Of a stretch of 64,000 nt of DNA, positions 28,257-49,070 are shown one piece after another. Made by a program: the position numbers and the translations under genes. Source of the stretch: the human T2T-CHM13v2.0 reference genome, Homo sapiens; NCBI GenBank assembly GCA_009914755.4, contig CP086569.2:512001-576000 (forward strand), given 5' to 3'. The first letter of the stretch is position 1. The number at the start of each line of letters is the position of its first letter. The notes beneath the pieces were generated by a model. It was not told the DNA's origin. It ran no database searches and saw nothing but the letters and a program-made list of their open reading frames with translations.

Positions 28257-28552
28257 GGCTGGGTGTGGTGGCTCATGCCTGTCATCCCAGCACTTTGGGA
28301 GGCCAAGGCAGGCGGATCACGAGGTCAGGAGATCGAGACCATCCTGGCTAACACGGTGAAAGCCCATCTCTACCAAAAATACAAAAAATTAGCCGGGCGT
28401 GGTGGCGGGCGCCTGTAGTCCCAGCTACTCGGGAGGCTGAGGCAGGAGAATGGCGTGAACCCAGGAGGCGGAGCTTGCAGAGCGTAGAGATGGCGCCACT
28501 GCACTCTGGCCTGGGGGACAGAGAGAGACTCCGTCTCAAAAAAAAAAAAAAA
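28257..28552 (+). mobile_element. Alu SINE (AluY-like) inserted at the very 5' end of an older Alu, with target-site duplication aaaa(a)tgccaggtgt
   Basis: Runs ggctgggtgtggtggctcatgcctgtcatcccagcactttgggaggccaaggcaggcggatcacgaggtcaggagatcgagaccatcctggctaacacggtgaaagcccatctc ... A15. Confidence 0.93.
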
Positions 28553-28848
28553 TGCCAGGTGTGGCGTTCACGTCTGTAATCCAAGCACTTTGGGACGTCG
28601 AGGTGGATGGATCGCTTGAGCCAGGAGTTTGAGATCAGCCTGGGCAACATAGTGAAACCCCCTCTCTACAAAACAAATACAAGAATTAGCCAGGCATGGT
28701 GATGTGCACCTGTGGTCCTAGTTACTTGGGGGAACTCAGGTGGGCAGGATCACTTGAGCCGGAGAAGTCGGGGTTACGGCAAGCAGTGATTACACCACTG
28801 CACTCCAGCCTGGGTGACAGGAATGAGACTTTGTCTCAAAATAAAAAT
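28553..28848 (+). mobile_element. Alu SINE (older)
   Basis: Runs gccaggtgtggcgttcacgtctgtaatccaagcactttgggacgtcgaggtggatggatcgcttgagccaggagtttgagatcagcctgggcaacatagtgaaacc ... cctgggtgacaggaatgagactttgtctcaaaataaaaatt. Confidence 0.9.
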
Positions 28849-29062
28849 TATTGCTAGAGCTATTGTAGGGTGTATGCATGGGAAATAAAGGGCTAAGGTT
28901 TCCACTGGAAACTTTGTTCCTGTAACACAGGAAGTTTATCATCCTGTAGGAGTGAAATGTGTGGTTACAGTGGAGCAGGGGCCGTAAGGATTCTGGAAAT
29001 ATTTTTAATGTATCTCCTGGGTCCAAGGTTTCAATGTATTCTTCTGTTGCTGGAAGAACTGT

Positions 29063-29636
<574 letters not shown>

Positions 29637-29867
29637 AGCCCATGTGTGATCACCATGGCTGTCTGCCCAGCATCACTCCTCGGCTCCACCCATCAGAAAT
29701 GCCTCTCAGATGTACAGACATAGGCTAGAAAGCTGGTAACCCGATTTCCCCACAGGTTGCTCACTCTCACCTTGGGTTGACCTTGGCTTTCTCATCCCAG
29801 AGTCTTCCCTGGGGACCTGTCACCCCGGAGCTTGTCCCCTGAGCTCAGCTGGTCTTCAGCATCCAGT

Positions 29868-30990
29868 TAGTGTTTAGTAGGTACTTATGTACTTAGTAGG
29901 TACTTACGTGCTTAGTAGGAGCTTATGTGCTTACTAAGAGCTCACATGCTTGGCAGGACCTTATGTGCTTAATAGCTGCTCACGTGCTTAGTAGGAGCTC
30001 ATGTGCTTAGTAGGCCCTTATGTGCTTAGTAGGAGCTCACGTGCTTAGTAGGAGCTCACGTGCATAGGTGCTTACATGCTTAGTAGGAGCTCATACAGTT
30101 AGTAGGAACTCACACGCTTAGCAGGAGATCACGTGCTTAGTAGGAGCTTATGAGCTTAGTAGGTCCTTCTGTGCTTAGTAGGAGCTCATGTGGTCAGTGG
30201 GTGCTACGTGCTTAGTAGGAGCTGACGTGGTTAGTAGGAGCTTATATGCTTGGCAGGTCCTTATGTGCTTGCTTACTAGGAGCTTACGTGCTTAGCAGGA
30301 GTTCACGTGCTTAGTAGGTTTTTATGTGCTTCCTAGGAACTCACGTGGTTAGTAGGAGCTTATGAGCTTAGTAGGTCCTTACGTGCTTAGTTGGTGCTTA
30401 TGTGCTTAGTAGGAGCTCACGTGCTTAGTAGGACCTTACATGCTTAGCACGAGCTCACGTGCTTAGTAGGGGCTCACATGCTTAGTAAGAACTCATGTGC
30501 TTAGTTAACAGCTCACATGCTTAGTAGGTGCTTACATGCTTAATAGGAGCTCGTGAGCTTAGTAGGGGCTCACGTGCTTAGTAGGTTTTAATGTGCTTAC
30601 TAGGAGCTCACGTGCTTAGTAGGTGCTCATATGCTTAGTAGGAGCTTACGTGCTTAGCAGGAGCTCACGTGCTTAGTAGGTTTTTATGTGCTTAGTAGGA
30701 GCTCACGTGCTTAGTAGGAGCTTCTGAGCTTAGTAGGTCCTTCCGTGCTTAGTAGGCATTCATGTGCTTAGTGGGTGCTATGTGCTTAGTAGGAGCTCAT
30801 GTGATTAGGAGCTTATGTGTGTAGCAGGTCCTTATGGCTTAGTAGGTGCTTCCATGCTTAGTTAGGCCCTCATGTGCTTAGTGGGTGCTATGTGCTTAGT
30901 AGGAGCTCAAGTGGTTAGTAGGAGCTTCTGTGCTTAGCAGGTCCTTATGTGCTTAGTAGGAGCTTACATACTTAGTAGGAGCTTGCACAT
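29868..30990. repeat. 19-bp minisatellite, ~59 tandem units (consensus taggagctcacgtgcttag)
   Basis: Repeats read taggagctcacgtgcttag taggagctcatgtgcttag taggtccttatgtgcttag ... with a strict 19-bp period and point variants. Many units contain CACGTG. Confidence 0.97.
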
Positions 30991-31051
30991 GGATGGTCTG
31001 GGAGCCCTCAGAGGCTGCCCTCATGGGTATTTGTAATTAAAAGGTAAATTA

Positions 31052-31884
<833 letters not shown>

Positions 31885-32334
31885 CATGTGAGTTGGGGGA
31901 TAGGCGGGGGCCAGGGCTGGGTGGGTGAGTGCTGTGACATTCTTTCCTCTATTCAAGTTCCTAACCAACCACCCCTCTGGAACTCACCCCAGAATCGCAG
32001 GGATTTCTAGAGACTTTTGAAAATCACAACTGAGAATAGAACTCGAGCCTCAGTTTCCACTTCATCCCAAGTGAAAATGAAGTAAAACATAGCACATGGC
32101 AGGCTCCCCGCAGAGCAGGGCTGAATCGGGATGGGAGCTGGGAAATGGGGCACACTGCCCCTTTGCTTGATGGGTCTTTCAGGAAACAGAGGCTGCAACA
32201 TTCTAGTTTCTGTATAAAGCCGGGACGCACACATTGTATTCCTTTACTTAACAAACACCTGTCTATTGAGGAGTTATTCAATATAGGGTACCATCTTCAA
32301 GGTCCACAGTTTTACAGTTGGATTTCCCCCCGAC

Positions 32335-32944
<610 letters not shown>

Positions 32945-33485
32945 TGAGAAACTTCTACCTATGACCTGGGTGAAGGTTCAGGAAACAAAACCCTCCATGG
33001 TAAGGGGCGTAAACCTGTGTGAGGGATCCTTCCTTTTACATAAACATCACTATTTTTCTTCCTGAGAACCATTAGCAGTTAATGAACTAGGAGAAAGTCA
33101 ATAATTAATGATTTTGAGGTCAGGGGCGTTTGCAGGACGGAACACCCTAAACGGTGGCCTCCGACTACCCGACGCCAGGTCTTTCTTCTCTGTTTATTCC
33201 TGGGTGGTGTTTATTCTGGGTTCTTGGGACAATCGGCTTCTGGTGGTCCTACCTGGCTTCGTGGCTTGTCCAGGGCTGTGATGTACAGAACGGACAATTT
33301 AACAACTTAGGGATATGCTATTACTCCATCCTTTTACTGTGACCTTCAAATACCCTAAAATAGTTGGTTTCATTCTGGGCACAGAAGGCTTTCCATCTGA
33401 AATGTCAGATTGCACGACCGAACTGTTCACTGTTATCCAGGGATAGAATGATGGGGTTTAGGTGGGGGTGCTGCGGAAGGAGGCT

Positions 33486-33950
<465 letters not shown>

Positions 33951-33974
33951 TAAAATATATGTTTTGAAAGCAAT

Positions 33975-34075
33975 TTTGAAATATACGATCCACCATTATG
34001 AACTATAGTCACCATGCTGTACAATACAGCACCAAAACTTATCATAACATCACCTTTTACTCCGTAAATATACAG
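33975..34075 (-). mobile_element. Old L1 (L1M-like) 3' end fragment
   Basis: ctatagtcaccatgctgtacaatacagcaccaaaacttatcataacatcacc resembles the antisense L1M terminus. Confidence 0.5.
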
Positions 34076-34101
34076 TTATTATTTGTTAATTAAAAATTTA
34101 T

Positions 34102-34841
<740 letters not shown>

Positions 34842-35869
34842 TCACACAAGAAGGATTTTCGTTACTCTCAGATAATTTCCACGTACATCTGCTGCTTGGT
34901 TTTATTTTTTTCTCACGATTGTTTTTTTTTTTTCCTGGTGTTTTCTGGGGCCAAATTCAACTGCTTAGCACCATTTCTGGAGCTTTCCTCTTTGCACAAA
35001 GGACGTTCCCCTGGCATAAGACGCAGGTGCAGAGACAGAGAGACAGAGCTCCTCAATTACGGTTTGACAGATATTCCCAACCAGCCTTCTGGCCTCCCGG
35101 TACCTGGGGCATCTTAGTAGACACTCGCGCTGCAAAGATCTTGCTTGCATTCATTAAACACGACTGCTAATAACGTCGAGAGAATGCTTTGCAGCCTCGA
35201 ACGGTGAGCGCCTGATCTCCCTTCAAGACCTCATTAATCTTCTGATGTCCTCACGGCTCCGCGCCAGGTTACCTTTAAAAGGACAGCATTTGATGAAGGC
35301 AGAGATAAATTCTGTAGGCTGTACGGACGCCAATGGCGCCCTGAGACAGGCGGAGAGAGGTGGTTTGTCTTCACTGTCCCTTTGATAAAGATAAAGTGGG
35401 ATATGCGATTTATTGCCGTCCTGCAGCCACAGCCCACGCCATGGAAATCAAATGCTTTTTAGAAAGTGGTCTTTTAGTGATCTGATTATTCAGCCCTGTG
35501 GCCATAGCTAATGGTTGTCCACCCCAAAATCCATCCCTCCTCTTCCCACCGTGAACACAAAGTTAGACTTTTCTCAGTTTTGGTTGGGATTGATTAAGTA
35601 CTTGAGTTTCAGGAAACAGGAATGGCAGGTGCGCCTTTTGGATTTGAGCCTCAGAACAGAATCTCGCATACTATCTCGTGCTGGCCAGCAGGGACCCTGG
35701 AAGATCCAGCTCTGAACAGGAAGAAAATGAGAAGGCCACAGGGGCCTCTGGAGCAGCCTGGGTCCCTGAGTGACTGTGTGGAGCAGAGCATCTGGTACTA
35801 TGGAGAGCTCCTGTGGGGCTGTTGTGAGAAACAGAAGGAAATAAACTGATAATACAGGGGTCTTTTTTC

Positions 35870-36181
<312 letters not shown>

Positions 36182-36584
36182 CAAGACTCTGGGTGTCTTT
36201 GTTACAGTTGTCCAGCATTGCTCTAACTGACAAGCCCCATTCTTGCGATCTATGGGAATGGAAACACAGGTCTTTTGACCCAAGGGCTTTCAGTATGTGA
36301 GGTAGAGAAATGTTTTATTTTTCTGCACCCACCAATATGGTGGAGTCTTGGCCAACTACGGAGGTAGGTGGGAAATGCCTGGCTGGAGTGCACCAGAGTT
36401 TGGCGAGAAGAAGCTTCTGGAAGTGTTTAACTCTGGCTGTATGGTGACCTCACTGTTCCCTGTGGGGCCCACTCTGGTGGAAGGGCACAGGGGTGAGTGG
36501 GGTGTCAGCCTCAAGACCTAAAGACCTGCGTGAGGCCAGCGAAAACCAAACATCGCATAAAATAAGGTGAAGCTGGCTAGGTCA

Positions 36585-37300
<716 letters not shown>

Positions 37301-37846
37301 TAATCACCTGGGTGCAGGGTCTGAAAAAGGAGTCAGCAAAGGGAGATAGAGGTGGGGCAGTTTTATAGGATTTGGGTAGGTAGTGGAAAATTACAGTCAA
37401 AGGGGGTTATTCTCTTCAGGCAGGGGCGGGGGTCACAAGGTGCTCGGTGGGGGAGGCCCAGAGACTTATTGTTAAGGAGAAGGAATGTCACAACGTCAAT
37501 TGATCGGTTACGGTGTGGCAGAAACAAATCACAATGGGGGAATGTCATCAGTTAAGGCAGGAACCGGCCATTTTCACTTCTTTTCTGGTTCTTCAGTTGC
37601 TTCAGGCCATGTGGAGATATATGTGCAGGTCACAGGGGCTATGATGGCTTCGCTTGGGCTCAGAGGCCTGACACCTATTATCTTTCCAGGGCCTGAGACA
37701 GAGGACAGTTTTTCATCTTCACAGTCAGAGTGAATCCTGTTTCCTCATGACCTCTCATCCTCCATCCAGTCCATATCCCCATCTAGCAGCCGCCATGTTT
37801 CATTTGCCCATTAGGATATTTGACTGGTGGGTGGTGCAGGATTTTA

Positions 37847-38545
<699 letters not shown>

Positions 38546-39027
38546 TCATTTTTAAGAAGCTCACTTGCCTCCGGACTGTGAATTATTGAGCTGTGAATAT
38601 TGCAGGAGGGATTATTTCCCATAAATCGCGGACCGCTGCAAATGCTTCATAATCAGAATATGTCAAATGTTGCACAACCGGGAACCAAGTTGGTTTACAA
38701 CTTCCTGCCAGAATGAAGAACAGGACGGGTTGGCGCGTGACGGCGAACGGAAAAATGTCCTGTTTCCCTGTCCCAACTCCATAAGCACCGGCCATAATCA
38801 CGCTCATATAAACGAAGCCATTAGAGGCGGTTGACATTTTCATATTTTCATCTGTGACTGGAACGTCCGGCTCAACAATAATAAAAAAATTAAGGGAACT
38901 TACAGGAAGCTTTGCTTGCAACAGCTCAGATGCATGAAGCAGCCGTCACTCTCTGAAGGGTGGTGTTGCAGAAAAGGCAGACAAGTGAGGTGTTCCCCTG
39001 GCCGGCAGGTACACGGGAGCATTTTGA

Positions 39028-39590
<563 letters not shown>

Positions 39591-39836
39591 TAAGAAGGAC
39601 CCTTTTGAGAAGGCATTTCTCTAAGCGCCGAACCTGTGACTTTTGGGACCCTGGACCTCAACTTGCAGATGCCTTGTGTGCTGGTGGAAAAGTGTGTGTC
39701 AACCCGGCTGGGACACAGTACCTAGGTTATTTGGCCAAACACTGATGTAGATGTTGTTTGTTTTTATATAAACCCAAACTTTATGAGGGTATCATTAACA
39801 AATAAAAATTGTATCCGTTTACAGTGTACCATGTGA

Positions 39837-40185
<349 letters not shown>

Positions 40186-40214
40186 CCGTTTTTTTGAATT
40201 TTAAAAAAATTTAT

Positions 40215-40497
<283 letters not shown>

Positions 40498-40510
40498 TGA
40501 AGTTACTTAT

Positions 40511-40809
<299 letters not shown>

Positions 40810-41066
40810 TGAAGCTACTTTTATATATGAAGTAAGCATTTAAATCGGTAGATGCTGGTAAAATAATAATAAAAAAAACCTTCATAGTGTGTGGGCGTCA
40901 TCTAATCAGTTGAAGGTCTTAAGAGGAAAAAATAATGGGAGTCTCCTAAGGAACAAGGAATTCTGCCTCCAGATGCAACATTAGCCCTTTGCTGATCTGT
41001 GGGCACTGGGTCCAACCTGTAGCGTTTGAAGTTGCATCTCCACAATCCTGTAAAAGCCAATTCATT

Positions 41067-41112
41067 AAAATAAATCTCTCTCTCTCTCTCTGTCTCTCTC
41101 TCTCTCTTTTTC
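41067..41112. repeat. (CT)n microsatellite
   Basis: ctctctctctctctgtctctctctctctctctttttctgtgtctctcc. Confidence 0.9.
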
Positions 41113-42236
41113 TGTGTCTCTCCCTTTCCATATTCCGTTGGTTCTGTTCCTCTAGATAACGCTGACATATACACTCTGTGTGTCTTCCCTTTCATCCTCA
41201 TCGCCTTTGTGAAAGGAAAGGAAATCTCAGGACCCCCAAATTACTAAGCCAAAGAGAAAAGTCAAACTGGGAACTTTGTCCCACAGACCTGCCTTCCATT
41301 CTCTTTGTAAATAAGATGTTACCAAGATCAAAAAGCTACATACCTCCCTCACCATTGGCCCACAAGGAAATTCCTTGTGGAGGGAGGACAAGTGACGATC
41401 CCTGTAAATTATGCATTTAGCCAAAGGCTAATCAGAAACTCAAAAGAATGCAACCATTGGTCTCTTATCTGCCTGTAACCTGGAAGACTCCTCCTGGCTT
41501 CGAGTTATTCTGACTTTCCAGACTGAACCCACGCACGTCTCACACATATTGATTGATGTCTCACGTCTCCCTAAAATGTATAAAACCAAGCTGTGCCCTG
41601 ACCATCTTGGGCACCTGTCATCAGGACCTCCTGAGGCTGTGTCACGGGCGCACGTCCTCAACCTTGGCAAAGTAAACTTGTCAAATGGGTTGGGACCTGT
41701 CTCAGATATTTTGGGCTCACCCCTTCCAAGCAGAAGGAAAGGAGGCTGCCTTTGGGTCATGTTGTTTCCCAAAATGTCCTGTCTGTGGCTGTTGTCCAGG
41801 GGAGGCAAGGTTGACTCTCTCGTTCAGCTCCCGATCTTCGATGTAGAGAGGGGACGGGGTGCAGTGTGGGTTCCCACCTGCAGCAGCTCTGAAGTATGTG
41901 ACTGAGCTCCTGACCTCAGGGACAGTGACCCCTGCCCCCAACAGGTGGTGTTATAACCCCACCCCTCAGTGCCCCTGTGATCCTGCCCAGCCCTAGCCAA
42001 GGAAGGCGTGTCCCCCTACAAGGAGTGGGTGGTGGGGGCTGCTCAGATGGAAAGCAGGAAAGATGTTCCCCAGAACCTATGGAGGTGGAGGGCATACACA
42101 GCCCATGAGCGGTAGCTACCCGGCTCACCCATGGTGCAGACCCCATCAGAGCTACGTTCCTGCTATGAGAGGAGAACATCCCACTCTGTGGGTGAACAGA
42201 GCCTCGTGTACCTCCAAGTCCACTGATGGACATTGA

Positions 42237-42677
<441 letters not shown>

Positions 42678-43261
42678 TGAGATGGAGTTCAGGGTTCTCT
42701 GGGTGGTGATTAAAATGACCCAGAACTAGATGGAGGTGGTGGTTGTACAACGTAATGAAAGCACTCAGAGTTACTGAATTGTGTGCACTTTATCATGGTG
42801 AATGGTTAATTTTAGGTTACGTGCATTTCACTTCAATGGAAAACAAAACACACTCATCCACAGACCCTCCCTCCCAAACCATGGCACCCACGTGGCGTGG
42901 CACACTTTGGGGTCCCATGTCCATCAGGGTGATCACAGGCATCACAAAGCTCAGGCCCGTGGGAAGATAAACGTTTCCAGATTCCTGCAGTCAGGCAGCG
43001 CTGGTTGTTCCTGAATGTCATAGAGTCAGGGACAAAATCAATGTCAGCGGAATCACGTGTGGGTTTTAGGGAGAGGGATGAATATCTAAATCCTCCTATA
43101 AATCCCCTTTTCCTTAGAGAATCTGCTCATTTCATCAGGAAGTCATTGTTAATTTTATTTTCTATTTTGTGTAATTCTTTTTATTTTTTTTAAACTATTT
43201 GCCACTCAGGGGACACGACGCACATCTCGTTTATCTTCAAGTCACTAACTTCATGCAATAA

Positions 43262-43626
<365 letters not shown>

Positions 43627-43640
43627 TGGAAACCAGTTTT

Positions 43641-43954
43641 GATAATCCTGTCAAACTTTCCTGTTTTGTTCTGCTGTGATTTACTACCAGGAACTGGGTA
43701 ATTTATAAAGACAGACATTTATTTTCTCACAGTTCTGGAGGCTGGGAAGTCCAAGACCAAGGCACCATCATCTGGTGAGGAACTTCTTGCTGTGTCAGCC
43801 CATGGAGAAAGAGCAAAGAGAGGAGAAAGAGAGAGACAGAGACAGAGGCAGAGAGAGAGAAAGGAAGAGGGGGCCAAATTCCATCCTGGGTGATGAGTAA
43901 GAATCTGTCTCTAAAAAATAAAAGAAAAACAACATCACAAACTGGTTTCCAGGC
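43641..43954 (-). mobile_element. Composite ~314-bp insert bounded by 14-19-bp direct repeats (c)caggctggaaaccagtttt. It holds an antisense MST-like LTR fragment, a GA-rich stretch and an Alu-3'-end-like A-rich tail
   Basis: Direct repeats sit at 43621-43640 and 43949-43968. Inside is ctaccaggaactgggtaatttataaagacagacatttattttctcacagttctggaggctgggaagtccaagaccaaggcaccatcatctggtgaggaac ... gagaggagaaagagagagacagagacagaggcagagagagagaaaggaagagggggccaaattccatcctgggtgatgagtaagaatctgtctctaaaaaataaaag. Confidence 0.6.
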
Positions 43955-44530
43955 TGGAAACCAGTTTTACAGCTCTGTTAAAAGAGATGAGAAATGCTGC
44001 GTGGTAGATGCAACCTGATTTCTGGGGTCATTGATGTTCAACTCCCTTGGGCGTCATTTCTAAGCCAAAATTATAGGACAGGATGCTCTGAGATTAGACC
44101 TCTTTATCTCTTCTCCTCACCTCAACCTCAAGCCTCCCAAATTCCAGAGCTCTATCAGAACACAATGAATATAAAAGTATCCTAGGAACTGAGAAGCGAG
44201 AAGAAGGGGAAAGATGATGACATCATGGGAGGAATGGAAGAAAAAGGGGTGAGTCATTCCCTTGAGTTTCTTGGGAAACAGTCAATGCAGGGAGAAATAA
44301 CACTGAGTTGGAGGTGGCTGCTGGCTCAGGGAACTGCATGAAAGCCAGTGAGCATCATGTGGTTTATAAGTAAATGAGCAATTTCTGCCTCACCGTGCAG
44401 AACATAGAGAAACCCCTCCTGAGAATGTAAAGACAAAAACTCATATTATTTGCAATATGTCATGGACATGGAGCAATACAAATCTCTGATTGCACCATAG
44501 ATGTTACGATTGACTTCCAGGGTTTGCAAG

Positions 44531-44946
44531 AGCTATGGTTTGCGTATTTCTCCCCTCTCAAATGCATGTTGAAATGTAATTGCTATTGCAACAGTGTTGA
44601 GAGGTGAGACGTTTAAGAGGCCATCAGTCCATGAGGGCTCTGCTGTCGTGAATGGTTTAATGCTGTTATGGAAAGAGTGAGTTCCCTGTGAGAGAATGAG
44701 TTTGAGCCCCTCTCGCTCTCTTTCTCTCTTTCTAAAAGAATAAGTTTGGCCCCCTCTTGCTGTCTCTCTCTCTCCTCTCTTTGCTTTTTCTCCATGGGCT
44801 GACACAGCAAGAAGGTCCTCACCAGATGATGGTGCCTTGGTCTTGGACTTCCCAGACTCCAGAACAGTGAGAAAATAAATGTCTCTTCTTTATAAATTAC
44901 CCAGTTCCTGGTAGTCTGTTACGGCAGCAAAAAACAGACTAAGACA
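44531..44946 (+). mobile_element. MaLR LTR (MST-like), near full length, plus orientation
   Basis: Runs agctatggtttgcgtatttctcccctctcaaatgcatgttgaaatgtaattgctattgcaacagtgttgagaggtgagacgtttaagaggccatcagtccatgagggctctgctgtcgtgaatggtttaatgctgttatggaaagagtgagttccctgtgagag ... ccttggtcttggacttcccagactccagaacagtgagaaaataaatgtctcttctttataaattacccagttcctggtagtctgttacggcagcaaaaaacagactaagaca. Confidence 0.72.
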
Positions 44947-45544
44947 GGAAGGGCTAGCAAGGGCTTGTGGTGTTTGAGAATATTTCATTTTGAAGAGGAG
45001 ACACTTCAGCACACAGGAGACAGCACAAGCATGTAAGACCAGGTCTCCCCCAGCAGCCCCTGACCTCAAACTTGGAAAGTGGTGTGAGCAGACAAAAAGA
45101 AGGCAACATGGTATTGGCCTCAGACAATTCCCAAAACAATTTAGGGCACAGGCTTGAATCTGCACCCTGAAAAGTGTCTATAGGAAAGTACGGATGGTGC
45201 ATGGAAGACAGAAAATTTGAAAATATAAAGAATCAGAGGACAAGAAAGAGAATTGTGAGCAAAAGTTTACAAAGAAAGATGGCAGATGAAAGTAAATGCA
45301 GGCATGGATTTCAGAGAGGGTTGGCTAGGTTGCCCGTGGAGTGACAGAGCCATTTGGAATAATATGGTAGCTTTCTCTATGCTTTTCTTTTTCCAAGAGA
45401 AAGTACAAACGTAAAGTACTAGTGTTTAGGGAGAGGAAATAAGTATATGAAAGAAAAAAAAATCAGAGGCAAAGACTTTAAGGAAAGAGAGTGATTCTAG
45501 AACAAACAGGGTCAAGCCTAATGTTTAGAGATAACCATTGCAAA

Positions 45545-46860
<1,316 letters not shown>

Positions 46861-46966
46861 CTGGCTGACATTTTCTATGCAGCTTAGAATGGGTGAAAAA
46901 TGGCCAGAAGAGAAACTCATTTCCCCAAGGAAAGGAAAGATGGGGGAGAGCTTAGACATTAAAAGT

Positions 46967-47290
<324 letters not shown>

Positions 47291-47380
47291 TCAATCTATC
47301 CTCAGAGAAAGAGAGAGGGGGGCATGAGTCAGGTGACCAAGTTCCTCTGCATGGGAGAACCTTTCCTAAGGAGGAATTGT

Positions 47381-47500
47381 CTGTCTTAGTCTGTTCTGTG
47401 CTGCTACAACTGACTACCAGGGACTGGGTAATTTATAAGGAACAGAAATGTATTTGCTCATAGTTCTGGAGGCTGGGAAGTCCAAGAACAAGACACACTT
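47381..47500 (-). mobile_element. MaLR LTR 3'-end fragment (MST-like), minus orientation
   Basis: ctgtcttagtctgttctgtgctgctacaactgactaccagggactgggtaatttataaggaacagaaatgtatttgctcatagttctggaggctgggaagtccaagaacaagacac. Confidence 0.7.
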
Positions 47501-48289
47501 CCTGATGAGTGACAGGAAGGAGTGACCTGAGACCAAGGCTTGTCCTTCTGGTTGTCGGTGACAGCCAGCACCTGGTCCGTGTTGGGGCATCAACCATCAA
47601 GGAAAAGTTCTTGGTGCAGCTCCAACACGCCAGTTCTGATTTCCACGTTTCTTTTTACACAGCGGTGCAGAGGAATGAATTATTAGCGTGAGGTGTCTCA
47701 GAGAGAACATGTGGGAACGTTGTAAAAAGAAAACCCTCGTTCCTTTCTTTCTTGAGATATAAATGCAGTCAGATCCGAGGTGCTGGAAACCAGCATTCAT
47801 TTGCAGCCGAATTCTCAGCATCGACTAATGATATTCCGCAAATGGCTGGAGACTTCCAGGAACATGTGTTTCGAATTGCAGAACCATGAAAGAGTTTTGT
47901 TGGCACTCATAAATAATGAATTTTTTTTTTCCTAGACCCTACTGACCAGGCCCACATGTTGGGTCAGGGCGGTCAGCGTGCGGGTGCCCCCGGGTGCTGT
48001 GACTGGTGGCATGGATCAGGGAGAAATGAGAAAGAAAACGGGGAATGAGGGAATGGGACTCTGTGTGTGCAGAAGAGTCTGTTCAATTGTCTTCAGCTAG
48101 TGGCAAAGCAAATGGCATTTATGGGCCTAATTTACGGAGCATACATGGCAGGAAAGGTGAGGTAAATCATCTTAATATTAAGATTTATGTCTTGTGTGCT
48201 AAGGACTAATTTCCATAAGGCATTTACAAAAGCCATCTTGTCCTTGGAGAATGTGGTAAATCGGTTCCTCAACAGGCCTCTGACCCAGC

Positions 48290-48556
48290 AGCCTACAAGT
48301 ATTTTTTCCCTTATTTTCCCTCTTCTATTTTCTTTCTTTTTCTCTTTCCTCTTCCCTCTCCCCCTTCCCTTCCTTCCTCTCCCTCCCTTCCTTTCTTTGT
48401 TCCTTTCATCCTTCCTTTCCTTCCTTCGTTTTCTCCCTTCCTTTCTTACTTCCTCCCCTCCTTTATTCCATTTTCCTCCCTCAGTTCCTCCCTCCTTCCC
48501 TTCCCTTTTTCCTACCTTCATTCCTCCATTTTCCTTCCTTCCTCCCTCCCTCCTTC

Positions 48557-48605
<49 letters not shown>

Positions 48606-48785
48606 TTCCTTTCTTCCTTCCTTTCTTTTCTTTCTTTCTTTCTTTGTTTGTTTGTTTTCTTTCTTTCTTTCTTTGTTTTCTTTCTTTCCTTCCTTTCTTT
48701 CTTTCTCTTTCTTGCTTTCTTTTTCTTTTTTCTTTCTTTCTTTCTGTCTGTCTCTCTCTCTCTCTCTCTCTTTCTCTCTTTCTGT
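48290..48785. repeat. Polypyrimidine (CCTT/CTTT/TTTC)n array ending in (CT)n, ~0.5 kb
   Basis: ttttcccttattttccctcttctattttctttctttttctctttcctcttccctctcccccttcccttccttcctctccc ... ctttctttctttctttctttc ... tctctctctctctctctct. Confidence 0.95.
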
Positions 48786-49070
48786 AATCCAGCACTTTGG
48801 GAGGCCAAGGTGGGTGGATCACCTGAGGTCAGGAGTTCGAGACCAGCCTAGCCAACACGGTGAAACCCCATCTTTACTAAATATACAAAATTAGCTGGGC
48901 CTAGCGGCGCATGCCTGTAATCCCAGCTACTTGGGAGGCTGAGGCAGGAGAATCGCCTGAACCCAGAGGCGGAAGTTGCAGTGAGCCGAGATTACCCCAG
49001 TGTACTCCAGCCTGGGCTACAGAGTGAGACTCTGTCTAAAAAAAAAAAAATTAAAATAAAAAATTAAAAA
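48783..49070 (+). mobile_element. Alu SINE, 5'-truncated (starts at tgtaatccagcactttgggagg)
   Basis: Runs tgtaatccagcactttgggaggccaaggtgggtggatcacctgaggtcaggagttcgagaccagcctagccaacacggtgaaaccccatctttactaaatatac ... ctgggctacagagtgagactctgtctaaaaaaaaaaaaattaaaataaaaaattaaaaag. Confidence 0.9.

Noticed and set aside
29868-30990. A possible CRISPR-like array of regularly spaced 19-bp repeats
   Set aside because: The repeats are directly contiguous with no unique spacers, the units degenerate by point mutation as minisatellites do, and the context is primate DNA full of Alus. It is a eukaryotic minisatellite.
38583-38921. 112-aa - strand ORF (MQAKLPVSSLNFFIIVEPDVPVTDENMKMS...) in CpG-rich unique DNA between Alus
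   Set aside because: I can recognise no domain or family. An ORF of this length is expected by chance several times in 64 kb of ~45-50% GC DNA, and there is no matching exon structure or conservation evidence. It is left unannotated. The same applies to 58560-59102 (180 aa, Pro-rich, partly over an L1), 23991-24530 (179 aa, starting inside an Alu), 24537-24944, 41440-41808, 41916-42401 and 12877-13215.
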